64,000 nucleotides of DNA, from the NCBI GenBank assembly GCA_002269645.1, contig NIVC01003629.1, forward strand, positions 22,780 through 86,779. The letters are read 5' to 3'. Source of the stretch: Macrostomum lignano (taxonomy: Eukaryota). The notes under the pieces were generated by a model that was not told the origin of the DNA, searched no databases, and saw only the letters and a list, made by a program, of their open reading frames with translations. The position numbers and the translations under genes are program-made. Below are positions 1 through 34,190 of the stretch, piece after piece. The first letter of the stretch is position 1; the number at the start of each line of letters is the position of its first letter.

Positions 1-558
1 CCAAGAAACAAGGGAGCCCACCAAGAAACAAGGGCGCCCACCAAGAAACAAGAGAGCCCACCAAGAAACAAGGGAGCCCACCAAGAAACAAGGGAGCCCA
101 CCAAGAAACAAGGGAGCCCACCAAGAAACAAGGGAGCCCACCAAGAAACAAGAGAGCCCACCAAGAAACAAGGGAGCCCACCAAGAAACAAGGGAGCCCA
201 CCAAGAAACAAGGGAGCCCACCAAGAAACAAGGGAGCCCACCAAGAAACAAGGGAGCCCACCAAGAAACAAGGGAGCCCACCAAGAAACAAGGGAGCCCA
301 CCAAGAAACAAGGGAGCCCACCAAGAAATAAGGGAGCCCACCAAGAAACAAGGGAGCCCACCAAGAGACAGGGGCGCCCACCAAGAGACAGGGACGCCCA
401 CTAAGAGACAGGGGCGCCCATCAAGAGACAGGGGCGCTCACCAAGAAACAAGGGCGCTCACCAAGAAACAAGGGAGCCACCAAGAAACAAGGGCGCCCAC
501 CAAGAAACAAGGGCGCCCACCAAGAAACAAGGGCGCCCACCAGGAAACAAGGGAGCCC
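1..558. repeat. 20-bp minisatellite (CCAAGAAACAAGGGAGCCCA)n
   Basis: Direct tandem copies; reverse complement of the family at 59185-60230. Confidence 0.95.
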
Positions 559-673
559 ACCATGAGATGAGTGCCCATATTTAACTCTACGAACGTACGA
601 CTAACTAAAACTCCTTTTTACTTGATATACTTTTCTAAAGCATAATTTTAGTTCTGTTTAAACTGGAAATTAC

Positions 674-22541
<21,868 letters not shown>

Positions 22542-23319
22542 CTAAGAGATGTCTCTACAGTCTGGCTTTGACTTTGTTCATGTACTTTCGGGGCGGTTTT
22601 TGTTAGCTGTTTTCATAGATTCTGAAACAATTCGACTGTCGTATATTTTAGCAAGTTATCGCCTACTTATGAGTAGTAAGGAAAGTACATGCAATGTGCA
22701 GAAAAATGACAGTTACTAAGTAGCACAGCTTTCACAAACTCGAGGATTTACAAACTCGAAATTTCACAAACTCGAATATTTACAAACTCAAGGATTCACA
22801 AACTCAAAAGCTTTACAACCTCGAAGATAAACAAACTCAGAATTTCACATTGTTTAAGTTTTGAGCTCGAAGAATTGGTGACTAGCGGAAGACATTTCAA
22901 CCAGGTGATATTTCGAGCTTGTAAAATTCGCACTCCACAGTTACTATTATGACTAGCTCGTAGATGGGCTAAATTTACGTGTTAAACTACTTTCAGTACA
23001 CTGGAATGTAAAAAATAGAAGCATTTCAATGTATTTTCAGGAAAAACTTGTTTATTCACTAGCTCTTACCCCATGAGCTAACCCCTCCCACCTCGAGTTA
23101 AAATGCAGAATCTCATATCTTGATCTCCTGGGTGCTTCAGCATTGTCACGAGCCACTGGACAGACAGTTAGAAGCTTAAAGAACAGTTTAGGTGCCATAG
23201 CAGGAAATGACAGTGGCAGTACGCACAAGTAAGTTTGTATGCGCATGAAAATGATGCATGCTGGCTCTTTATTGGGCCGAAATTTTCAAGATGAAGGGCT
23301 CAATGACCCATATTGAGAG

Positions 23320-23640
23320 AGTGAGCTGGTAAGAGGGTGTGAGGGGATGAGGGTGTGAGGGGATGAAGGTGTGAGGGGATGAGAGTGAGAGGGGATGAGG
23401 GTGTGAGGGGATGAGAGTGAGAGAGGATGAGGGTGTGAGGGGATGAGGGTGTGAGGGGATGAGGTTGTGAGGGGATGAGGGTGTGAGGGGATGAGGGTGT
23501 GAGGGGATGAGAGTGAGAGGGGATGAGGGTGTGAGGGGATGAGAGTGAGAGGGGATGAGGGTGTGAGGGGATGAGGGTGAGAGGGGATGAGGGTGTGAGG
23601 GGATGAGGGTGTGAGGGGATGAGAGTGAGAGGGGAAGAGG
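23320..23640. repeat. 16-18-bp G-rich repeat (GAGGGTGTGAGGGGAT)n
   Basis: Direct inspection. Confidence 0.92.
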
Positions 23641-26081
23641 GTGGCCAATACGTGATTCACGCTCGTACGATGTCAGTTGCATCCATTAGGAAGTATCTGC
23701 CACATCTGTGAACAATGTTGTATATTGTGTGTTTTATAGGTACATGTACATGTTATGCAAGACACACAGCAAGTGCGTGCACGTATAATAGCGATCAACG
23801 CTTTTTGTTAGGATTAATATTAAAAATTTTAATGTTCGGATGTTTATCTATGCAGTTCCAACAGTACATTTTGCCAGAAGAAGAATTATTCAAGTTAACA
23901 CTGTTATGTTGTTCAGTTCAGAAGTACGAATATAATAGCGACGGTTATACATATTCAGCAGTAAAAAATTAACTAAATCGAAATTAAGGCAAATCCGCAA
24001 ATGCGTTTATAAATTTATTATTGATAAAGCTTGTTTAATTAAATTTTTGTGTTAGAGCACGGCCGTTATATTTAAAAACAATGAAATGTTAAATACACAA
24101 GAAAGCATTTCAATTTAAAAATTAAGCCACTTAAAAAAACATTGACTGAGGAATGATTCGTTTTTATTAAGTTATTATACTACCAAGCCTAAATAAAAAT
24201 ATAAAAATATTGTTTTAAATCATAATTTATACTGAAAAGATGACAAAAAGTCTATTGTTTTTTTAAATCTGTGATGCTTCCTATCCTAAAATTAAAACCT
24301 TAAATTCTCATAAATTCTAAAATTTCCATGTTAAACACATTGAAGAAAATCTTAAGACAGAATGAAATATAACTGTAAAAAATCACTTCTTAATTTACAC
24401 AGAACTTAATTCTTAACTGGCCAACTCAAAAAATATTTTCTACCAGTACAAAACGTCATAGGCTGTAGCTTATGAAAGAACTTGTTTCTATATATTTTAA
24501 AAGATAGGTCTGACCCACAAATCACAAGCTATTCGTTTGTTGCATCTTTGTGAAATTAAAATTACATCAAATATACGCTCGTAGCTTTCAGTCAAAAATT
24601 CTTAAGAAATATTACTATTTCGATTTGAAAAAGCGGTTTTATTACATAACTAAAATTGACACGAAAAACAGCTTTTGAGTTTTTATTTCATATCGTGGGA
24701 TGGAACGTATACGTATTCCATTGATTCTGGAATCAAGATGCAGATGAAACTAGAATCGAAAATACAAAATGCTGAAAAAAAGATATTTTAAAGTCCATGT
24801 TGAATCGCTGCCAGATATGTGCATCGTATCTACCGTGCTATAATCACGTATTAAACGATGTAAATCCAAGAAAAATCTTTGATTCCATTAAAGCAAAGAA
24901 AAATAACTTATACTAACAAAACGCGTTTTCTGCGTTAAAAAATTTACCAAAGCTAGTATTTCATCGCTATGTCTTCTTAGGCATATAGAAAATACATGAC
25001 TTCTCTTAATTTGACCCACTCTGAGAGAAAAATTAAGTTTAAAAAAGCTAGTTATGATGGCTATCAGACTGATGGCCCAAACTTTTTACCAAGGACTTCT
25101 AGACTAAGTCTAGACTAAGACTAAGACTTAGTCTAGAAGTCCTTGCTTTTTACCACAGTGGCAGTGGCAGTTTTTACCACATTTACATCTATAGTTATCT
25201 ACATCTATAAGTTCAACTTATTTTGTATACAAGCTGTTATTGTGACTTATCTACATTATTTATACACTGTACAATACATGTACAACAGGAAAGTTTAACA
25301 TGTACACTCGTACAATGTGAACTTTGACTGTAGCTAAATCAAATCGAATCAGATGTCTCGCATGCAGGTTCGATTTACAAATTACGTTTTTTAAAACTGA
25401 GGCTTCTACTGTTGAACCTATAAAATGGTCACACGACAAATCCACATTTCAAAGTATAAATTCTAAAATTTCCTCAAATAACCGGACAAAACTTTATATA
25501 AAACAATTACAAGTGGTTAGTCGATTTTTTATTTTCCGATAAAACTGCGCAAATCGCGCAAGGAACAGCGTTCTAAAATTTATTTATCGAGACAAAATTA
25601 CTATAAAAATAATGCATTTACGTCTCTAGACGGTGGCCTACAGAAGCGCTTGCGATCGATACACTCGTATTAAAACGAAGCATAACTGATTTTAAAAACA
25701 AGTAGTGAATAAAATCAACCTAAAATATCACATTTTATAGCTAATGCCGTAGGCACAAAGAAGAGAAAATGCGCATTCACGTTTTGGCTCGGAGTGGACC
25801 AAAAGCGGCATTAAAAATAACAAGCGTGTCTATTACATGTACATGTACGGCTGAAAATCCTATATTCTATTTTTACGGGATCATAAAGACACGTTTTCTG
25901 AAGCTACGTATAATATTTTTTAGTTAGTAAGTAAGTCGTGTGAAAGTTAAGGAAGTGTAGAAAATATATACACATGGTGTCGATGTACTACTGCAAGCTG
26001 AGTAAAACAAAAAGTTATCAAAATCTAAACTTGTTAAAAACTACAGTCAAGGCAGAGTTACATGTATTACTTATTGAGTTC

Positions 26082-29000
26082 TTAAGCAACAGAATCTAAA
26101 GCATCCTTAAAGACTTGCTCGACAGTCGCTACTTCAACACCGTCGACTTCGTTAATAACACCGGAAATTCTAGACTCGTCAAGAACAATAACCAAACAGT
26201 CGTTAGTAACAGTCTTAATATCGCCCCGACCAAAAGATTCGGCAGAAACTGCGCCCCCAGCCAGGCAGAATCGAATCAGCTGATCAGTAGTCAACAACAA
26301 TCCGGGACTGTTAAATCCGTCAATTAATATTCGAACTCTCCTATTGGCTAGAATTCGGCAGCTTGTATTCGATTCTGTATTGACATTAAAATACAATTCG
26401 TGCAAACTATCGAACGGACCGCTAGGCTTGTCAGCAGCAGCAGCAGCAGTAGATTTATCAGGAGCGGAACGTTCGTAATGAACAACATAAACTGGCAGAG
26501 ATTGACGCGCGTCGAAGGTCACGAGTTCGCGTCCGTCGGGGCTACGATGCGAATGATAGCCTGGTTGGCAGGGCTGGCCATGGGAGTAGTGCCGGCACTG
26601 GTAGGTGCGACCCGGGCTGACCTGTGCGGAGTGAAGGGAGCTTAGTTTATGGCTAAACTACCAGATAATTACATGTATTGTTAGTAAGGCTATTATTCCA
26701 GGTGATTATACTCAACTAATGCCGAAGCTAATCACCCAATTGCATCAACTAATCATCTAATGGCGTCAACTAATTACCTAATGGCGACACCTAACCACCT
26801 AATTGCGTCAACTAATCACCTAATGGCGACACCTAACCACCTAATGGCGTCAACTAATTACCTAATGGCGACACCTAACCACCTAATGGCGTCAACTAAT
26901 CACCTAATGGCGACACCTAACCACCTAATGGCGTCAACTAATTACCTAATGGCGACACCTAACCACCTAATGGCGTCAACTAATCACCTAATGGCGACAC
27001 CTAACCACCTAATGGCGTCAACTAATCACCTAATGGCGACACCTAACCACCTAATGGCGTCAACTAATCACCTAATGGCGACACCTAACCACCTAATGGC
27101 GTCAACTAATCACCTAATGGCGACACCTAACCACCTAATTGCGTCAACTAATCACCTAATGGCGACACCTAACCACCTAATTGCGTCAACTAATCACCTA
27201 ATGGCGACACCTAACCACCTAATGGCGTCAACTAATCACCTAATGGCGACACCTAACCACCTAATGGCGTCAACTAATCACCTAATGGCGACACCTAACC
27301 ACCTAATGGCGTCAACTAATCACCTAATGGCGACACCTAACCACCTAATTGCGTCAACTAATCACCTAATGGCGACACCTAACCACCTAATTGCGTCAAC
27401 TAATCACCTAATGGCGACACCTAACCACCTAATGGCGTCAACTAATCACCTAATGGCGACACCTAACCACCTAATGGCGTCAACTAATCACCTAATGGCG
27501 ACACCTAACCACCTAATGGCGTCAACTAATCATCTAATAGCGCCAACTAATCACTTATTTCAGATACGAGCTTGTATATTTAACTGCTTCTTTATTTTAG
27601 TGTTGTCACTCAATAAAGATAGCAAGCAAGCAAGAATAAGGCACTACTAACCAGACACAGCAGTAGTTTGCTCCGGCCTTTCACATAGTCCATAGCGCAA
27701 GCCGGGTACTCGCTAAAGTACACGCCCCGGCCGTACCAGCCGGAATCGTTGGTCTGTCGGTATTCGGTGCTGTAATCATTAGGATTATGAAATCCCTGCC
27801 GACAGATGGACTCGATATTGGATTCGTCTGTGCCGTGGAATGCCAGCACAGTTTTCTGGCTGTCTTTGTCATTGCCAGAGTCGTCTTTGTTTAATAGGTC
27901 TTGTTGAAATTGACGAAATCCGGTTAGAAGTTCGGGATTGATGATGTACTCAACTCTGGCTACCTGGAAGCTGAGGTGAGGGGAGGTTTCAAGTTTTAAA
28001 CTACGATCGCTTTACATATGTGGAATGAAGGGGAGAGGGAGTAAGGAAAAAGCCAGAGAAGGCAAGAGAGTAATAGAAAGAGGGCTAGAGAGGGAGAGAA
28101 CAAGAGCGACAGTCAGGTGGGAGTCAGAGAGAGAGCCAGGGAGTAAGAGGGAGAGAGTCAGGGAGAGAGTCAGAGAGGGAGAGAGTCAGAGGGAGAGAGC
28201 GCCAGGGAGTAAGAGGGAGAGAATCAGAGGGAGAGTCAGAGAGGGAGAGAGTCAGAGGGAGAGTCAGAGGGAGAGTCAGAGGGAGAGTCAGAGAGGGAGA
28301 GAATCAGAGGGAGAGTCAGAGAGGGAGAGAGTCAGAGTGAGAGTCAGAGGGAGAGTCAGAGAGGGAGAGAGTCAGAGTGAGAGTCAGAGGGAGAGTCAGA
28401 GAGGGAGAGAATCAGAGGGAGAGTCAGAGAGGGAGAGAGTCAGAGAGGGAGAGAGCAAGAGCGACGTCAGAGAGAGAGCCAGAGAGGGAGAGTCAGAGGG
28501 AGAGAGTCAGAGAGGGAGAGAGCAAGAGCGACGTCAGAGAGAGCGCCAGGGAGTAAGAGGAAGAGAATCAGAGGGAGAGTCAGAGAGGGAGAGAATCAGA
28601 GGGAGAGTCAGAGAGGGAGAGAATCAGAGGGAGAGTCAGAGAGGGAGAGAATCAGAGGGAGAGTCAGAGAGGGAGAGTCAGAGAGAGGGAGAGTCAGAGA
28701 GAGGGAGAGAGTCAGAGAGAGGGAGAGAGTCAGAGAGAGGGAGAGAGTCAGAGAGGGAGAGATTCAGAGGGAGAGTCAGAGATGGAGAGAGTCAAAGGGA
28801 GATTAAGCGAGGGAGAATCAGAGGTGGAGTCAGAGAGAGGCAGTCAGAAAGGGGAATAGAGGTTAAAGAAGAGTTTGAGAACGCCATCAAAACCAGAAGA
28901 ATCGGTACAAGCGGACAAAGACGAGACATTAATTTCATCAACAAGCTTAAGCAGAAAAATCAGTGAGCAGTGAGACAGAATTCCGGCATCAATCAAGGCC

Positions 29001-30305
29001 GCTAACCATCCAACGCAGTCCCTGGCTAACAGCCGATGAAACTGCGACTCAGCCAGTCGATAATGAGACTCCTCCGGTGAGCCGCAATTCCATCGAGTCG
29101 AGTCGGATGAATCAAGCGACACGGTCAGGTATCGATGGTCTTGAATGGCTTCCAGCTCTCCAGGCAGGACGGGCAGCCCGACGCAGCCAACGCTTGATAA
29201 GCGACGCTCTCGAGATTCGGCTCGGGCTAAGCGAAGCTCGAGGCTTCGACGAGCGGCCAGGGCCTCGGCTACCAGGGCTTTGCGCTCGGCGTGAGACATG
29301 GCGCTGTACTGGCGCATGAGCGACAGGCCGCGGGACAGAGCGTGCGGTTGCTGGGATGACATTTTGAGGAGTTTTTGTTGAGATGTTTCAGTCATGTGAT
29401 GCTTTACATGTATTCATGCGATGCTTCGGTCATGTGATGTTTCGGTCATGTGATGTTTCGGTTATGTGATGTTTCGGTTATGTGATGTTTCGGCCATGTG
29501 ATGCTTCGGTTATGTGAAGTTTTGATCATGTGATGTTTCGGTCATGTGATGCTTCGGTTATGTGATGCTTCGGTCATGTGATGTTTTAGTCAGGTGATAT
29601 TTCGGTCATGTGATGTTTTAGTCAGGTGATATTTCGGTCATGTGATGTTTCAGTCAGGTGATATTTCGGTCATGTGATGTTTTAGTCATGTGATGCTTTG
29701 GTCATGTGATGTTTAGGTCTTGTGGTGTAAGCGCCCCGAACATAATTTTATTAGCTTTACATACTGTTAAACGTATTTCGTTATATTTCAACTGTTAGTA
29801 GAGAACTAGGTTATGGTGTAATGTCCCGGTATTTTTCGATAAGAAATTTGCACACGAAGTATTAAAGACCTCCTGGCTAATCATCTATTTTCATGTGCGA
29901 TTAGTAACTTAAATGAGCAAAAAAACTACTAATGGTAGCAAGGTTCAAACTAAATACCTTTTCATTGTCCGGTCCAGAAGAAGGCAAACCTACTGAGTTA
30001 TCCAACTTTTGCCGTTTAGATTCAGAAATCCCATTCTCATTAACTGGCAGGGTGTCTTGTCTCTGCAATGATGGTTTCTTTCCAGCATCTCCCGCTTCGT
30101 CATCTTGGCTAGTAGCTTCTTCATCACTGTTGCCATGGTGATAGGCATCGCTACTAGTAGCTTCCATTTGCACCTGACTATTGTTTAAATCTTTGTCTTC
30201 ATCGGGATGAATGAAATCTGCAAAGTGCAGCAGCCCGGTTTCCGGGCAATCGGCTCCGTGGGGACACAGCGGTCGCTGCCGCTCTGGTGCTGACGAACTT
30301 GATGA
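26082..30305 (-). CDS. PARP-family ADP-ribosyltransferase with N-terminal PBZ-type zinc finger and C-terminal BRCT-like region; 5' end unresolved
   Basis: Exons 29958-30305, 29007-29350, 27652-27970, 26082-26621 with consistent phases. Motifs [24 protein letters not shown] (C-x5-C-x6-H-x5-H), [38 protein letters not shown]. Stop TAA at 26082. Confidence 0.8.
26735..27555. repeat. 42-bp (2x21) minisatellite in a PARP intron
   Basis: CTAATGGCGTCAACTAATCAC / CTAATGGCGACACCTAACCAC alternation. Confidence 0.95.
28070..28830. repeat. GA-rich degenerate repeat (GAGAGTCAGAGG) in a PARP intron
   Basis: Direct inspection. Confidence 0.9.
29390..29720. repeat. ~17-bp repeat (CATGTGATGTTTCGGT)n in a PARP intron
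   Basis: Direct inspection. Confidence 0.9.
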
Positions 30306-30434
30306 CTGAAATTTTTAATTAAGAGCAAGTCTGTAATTTCTGTTGGGAGCAATGCTTTTTTTTATAGCTAAAACTTGGCGTCTGAATGTGCTTTATAGGA
30401 ACTAGGACAGTTTTAGGCTGGTGCTGGGTGACCC

Positions 30435-31225
30435 AGCGATTGAGGATCTGAGAGACCTAGCAATTGAGGATCTGGGAGGCCTCGCAATTGAGGATCTGGG
30501 AGGCCTCGCAATTGAGGATCTGGGAGGCCTCGCAATTGAGGATCTGGGAGGCCTAGCAATTGAGGATCTGGGAGGCCTCGCAATTGAGGATCTGGGAGGC
30601 CTCGCAATTGAGGATCTGGGAGGCCTCGCAATTGAGGATCTGGGAGGCCTCGCAATTGAGGATCTGGGAGGCCTCGCAATTGAGGATCTGGGAGGCCTCG
30701 CAATTGAGGATCTGGGAGGCCTCGCAATTGAGGATCTGGGAGGCCTCGCAATTGAGGATCTGGGAGGCCTCGCAATTGAGGATCTGAGAGGCCTAGCAAT
30801 TGAGGATCTGTGATACCCAGCATTTGAGGATCTGTAATACCCAGCAACTGAGAATCTAGGAGGCGGGCCCAGCAACGGAGGATCTGGGAGACTGTCCCAG
30901 AATTCAGAAACTAACCCTCTGGGAGGCTGGCCCAGCAAACTGACACTCTGGGAGGCTGTCCCAGCTACTGACACTCTGGGGAGGCTGCCCCAGCAACTAA
31001 CACTCTGGGAGGCTGGCCCAGAAACTGACACTCTGGGAAGCTGGCCCAGAAACTGACACTCTGGGAGGCTGTCACAGCAACTGACACTCTGAGAGGCTGT
31101 CACAGCAACTGACACTCTGGGAGGCTGGCCCAGCAACTGAGGATCTGGGAGGCTGGCCCAGCAACTGAGGATCTGGGAGGCTGACTTAGCAACTGAGGAT
31201 CTGGGAGGCTGGCCCAGCAACTGAG
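30435..31225. repeat. 24-bp minisatellite (GCAATTGAGGATCTGGGAGGCCTC)n grading into related 24-25-bp units
   Basis: Direct inspection. Confidence 0.93.
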
Positions 31226-31395
31226 GAAGACTAAATTGTAAAATAATATCAAAGAAGAAATTAATTGTACACCAAAGCGCCAGAACGCAGAACTGCTGGA
31301 CATTTTATATTTTTCATAAATTTACAAGGGGTTCAGTGGGCTGTTTGGCTGCTACCATAGCAACCAAACACAGTAGCTCCAAAGCTCCACCAGCT

Positions 31396-31683
31396 TTAAG
31401 AGTTGCTCTGCCCCTGATCCAGCTTGGACTCGTAGCCAGTCTGGCTCTTGGCCTTGGCCCGGCATTCCTCTTCAACCTTCTTGGCAATCATTCGATCGAA
31501 AGCGCGCTGCACATCGCGCGCACTCGACTGGGAAGCAACGGCGCCAGCTCGTTTTGGCGCCTTGTCGACTCGACCTTTGCGAGTTTTCTCGCGTTCGCTG
31601 GTCTTTTTACCTGTCGGAGTTTGGCGGCGCCTCGCCTCCTGAGCGGGCAGCTTGGCCTTCACTTTGATCTTGCCTTGAGGCAT
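31396..31683 (-). CDS. C19orf53: UPF0390 / C19orf53 (L10K)-like small basic protein, single exon
   Basis: MPQGKIKVKAKLP...RKGRVDKAPKRA...IAKKVEEECRAKA resembles the family pattern; 95 aa; TTTTAACTTAG acceptor-like site 18 nt upstream of the ATG. Confidence 0.7.
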   Translation of the reverse strand: MPQGKIKVKAKLPAQEARRRQTPTGKKTSEREKTRKGRVDKAPKRAGAVASQSSARDVQRAFDRMIAKKVEEECRAKAKSQTGYESKLDQGQSNS

Positions 31684-32099
31684 GAATGTTGTGTTGTTGA
31701 CTAAGTTAAAAGCCTAACATTTTTACTGCTTGTAAAGATTTAAACTATATTTGCCAACATTTTTACTACAAGTAGAGTAGTTGTAAAAGTTATTCATCAT
31801 TAAATGTCTACCTTCAAAATGGTTTTGTTTTTACGGTAAGTATAGCTTAATGAAAGTGATAGATATAATAATTAGAATTGTAGCTTGACTTATTTTTAAT
31901 TGTGCAGTTGTCTTTTTATTTGAAATTCTCTTGCAGTCAAGACTAGTGAAACTTACACATAATAACTACTTGATCACAAAGCTTAGTCCATAAGTCACAC
32001 AAAGTTGGGTACTTATACTATTGAGTAGCAAGCAAGAATAATAGGAAAGAAAGCTTGAATGCTTTTCAACATTGATTGGCATATCAACCAACATCGAAC

Positions 32100-34190
32100 A
32101 GAGTCATCTCAGGCCCGAGCCTTAAGCGATGCTGCAAGAGCTTGACGTCATTCGAGACGGCATCAAAGACTGCAGGAACGCTCCAAACATCAGCGAGGCG
32201 GAGGCGAAGGCCCTGCGGGACCTACGGGCGGACAAGCCCATCCTCATCAAGCCGGCCGACAAGGGCAGCCAGCTGGTCATTCTCAAGCGGGCAAGACTAT
32301 GTTCTTCAGTGCCTGCGTCAGCTGGAGGACCCGCTGTTCTATCGGCCCATGAACGCGCCGATCAACTGCTTCACAGCTCAGATGATCCGCACCGGTTTCA
32401 AGTCGCAGCTGGAATTATTGATCATCGCCAGTATAATGCATTTAGCCCGAAGAGCGAGTTCCGCATGCGGTACTTTACTTCCTGCCGAAGATCCCCACAA
32501 GCCTGTCGAGTCTTGGCCGCTCGGCGACATTCCTCCGGGTCGGCCCATTGTGTCTGCCGTGGACAGCGAGACCTATGCCAGCGGCCGATTCATCGACAGC
32601 TTCCTGCAGCCGATCGTCATCAAGCTGCCCAGCTTCATCAGGGATACGGACCACTTCCAGGCCGCCATCCACGGGATCACCTGTCCGGCGTCCGAGGAGG
32701 CCTTCCTGTTCACCATGGACGTGTCAGCCTATACACCAACATCCCGACGAAGGCCGGTCTCGAGTGCGCGCGGAGGGCTTTTAGGGAGCGCCCGGACAGC
32801 CGATGCCAACCTGCTCAAGCTGACCCTGGAGCGCAACGACTTAGAGTTCGACGGAAGGTTACATGGGCTACTGGGAGCCAGACCACAGAAGCCGTCTGTG
32901 GCTCCGCTACATTGACGACGTCTTTGAAGAGTAACGGGGAACAGAGGCGGAGCTGGTTCGGTTTCACCAACATCTGGACACCTTCGACCCAAACATTCGG
33001 CTACAAGTACAATTAAGCTACAGCTGCACCGAAGTCAACTTCCTGGACGCCACCGTCTTCTGGGACGGCGAGGGCGACAACAAGAGCCTGGGAACCTTGG
33101 TGTTCTTCAAGCCCAACGACAGCCGAGCCCTCAACATCTGTGTTGAGCTGTCCTCCCCCTTGTCGTCTTATGCTGAGTAGCGGCTACTCACTACTCCTGA
33201 ATAGCTACCGGCATCGTCTGGAGGCCGTGATCCAGGACAGTTGTCCGGACTGCGGGTCCTCCCCGCATGATTCTAGACATCTGTTTCAATGCCCAGCCAA
33301 TCCGACCATCCTGGAAGTGGCCGACCTCTGGCGGCATTTGGTGGAGGACACTAACTTTCTCCGCCTCAGCGACTCAATTTTCTGACCTGAACTGAGCAAT
33401 GGTTACACACATACGAGTACACACAGGTGAGCCCCTCATCCACCGCGACTTGTTCCATCCTAAGCAGACTTTCCGGGGCGTGGTGAAGTCCCAGGCTCCT
33501 CAGGTACACCTGGCGGTGCTCCCGGATGGCCGAATTCGACGCAGCGTCCACCAGGCTGATATTAAATTTGGTGCAGCACCAAGACTACAGCTGGTATTTC
33601 TTCCGCACCATCAAATACATGTTGACTGAACTAGGCTTCTACCTGACCAGAAGGTGGGAGTTTGGCTTCCTGCTGTGCAACCTGGCCCAGCACATGCCAG
33701 GTTCAGCTCCATCTGCCCCAGATCAGCTGCCATATTGGTCCAACTCATCATCAGTTAGAGGATCGACTGCAACGAAATGAATTCCATCTACGCCATGTTC
33801 TCCCACTGGTGAAATCACATGGTCTATGTTGGCAGGACTGACCAACAGCATCTTTGGACGCATGCTGGTGCACATTGGCGACATCTGACATGCCCAAAAC
33901 ACTGCAGTAGCCCGCCACTTTACTAGTGATAGCCTCAGGCTGACAGGTTTCACTGTCACCAGCATGTAGGCTTGGGATAGCTTAGGACAAGAAGCTAATG
34001 AACAGCATTAGAACCATGAAGTCAAGCTGATCAATGCCCTGCATGGCACCAACAATCTGGCCATTCTGCTGATTTTGCCCCATTGTGCAGCATCCAATGC
34101 CCTAGTTGCCATGGTGAGAGACTGGCTAGCATGATACTACAAGGCCCCAATGCTGCCTACCTATAGTCAGCTTGAACCTGCCAATCAACT
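32100..34190 (+). mobile_element. Decayed Penelope-like retroelement (RT + GIY-YIG), multiple frameshifts
   Basis: Fragments IKPADKG, GRPIVSAVDSET, SFIRDTDHF, LYTNIP, YIDD, VNFLD, HRDLFHPKQTFRGVVKSQ, SIYA...VYVGRT; collinear with the ORF at 44880-46979. Confidence 0.85.
33134..33438 (+). mobile_element. 5'-truncated non-LTR retrotransposon 3' end inserted in the decayed Penelope-like element
   Basis: Encodes LSSGYSLLLNSYRHRLE...CPDCGSSPHDSRHLFQCPANPT (CCHC knuckle typical of LINE ORF2 C-termini); flanked by GAGCCCTCA / GAGCCCCTCA; removing it restores the host frame KPNDSRALIHRDLFHP. Confidence 0.75.

Noticed and set aside
26760-27650. 296-aa MASTNHL repeat ORF; possible CRISPR-like periodicity
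   Set aside because: Contiguous 42-bp tandem repeat without unique spacers, inside a PARP intron; no cas genes; eukaryotic context.
28025-28966. 313-aa Arg/Glu-rich ORF
   Set aside because: GA-rich intronic repeat on the antisense strand.
30402-31220. RSSIARPP / LPDPQLRG / AIEDLGGL repeat ORFs
   Set aside because: 24-bp minisatellite open in several frames; no donor linking it to the PARP exon.
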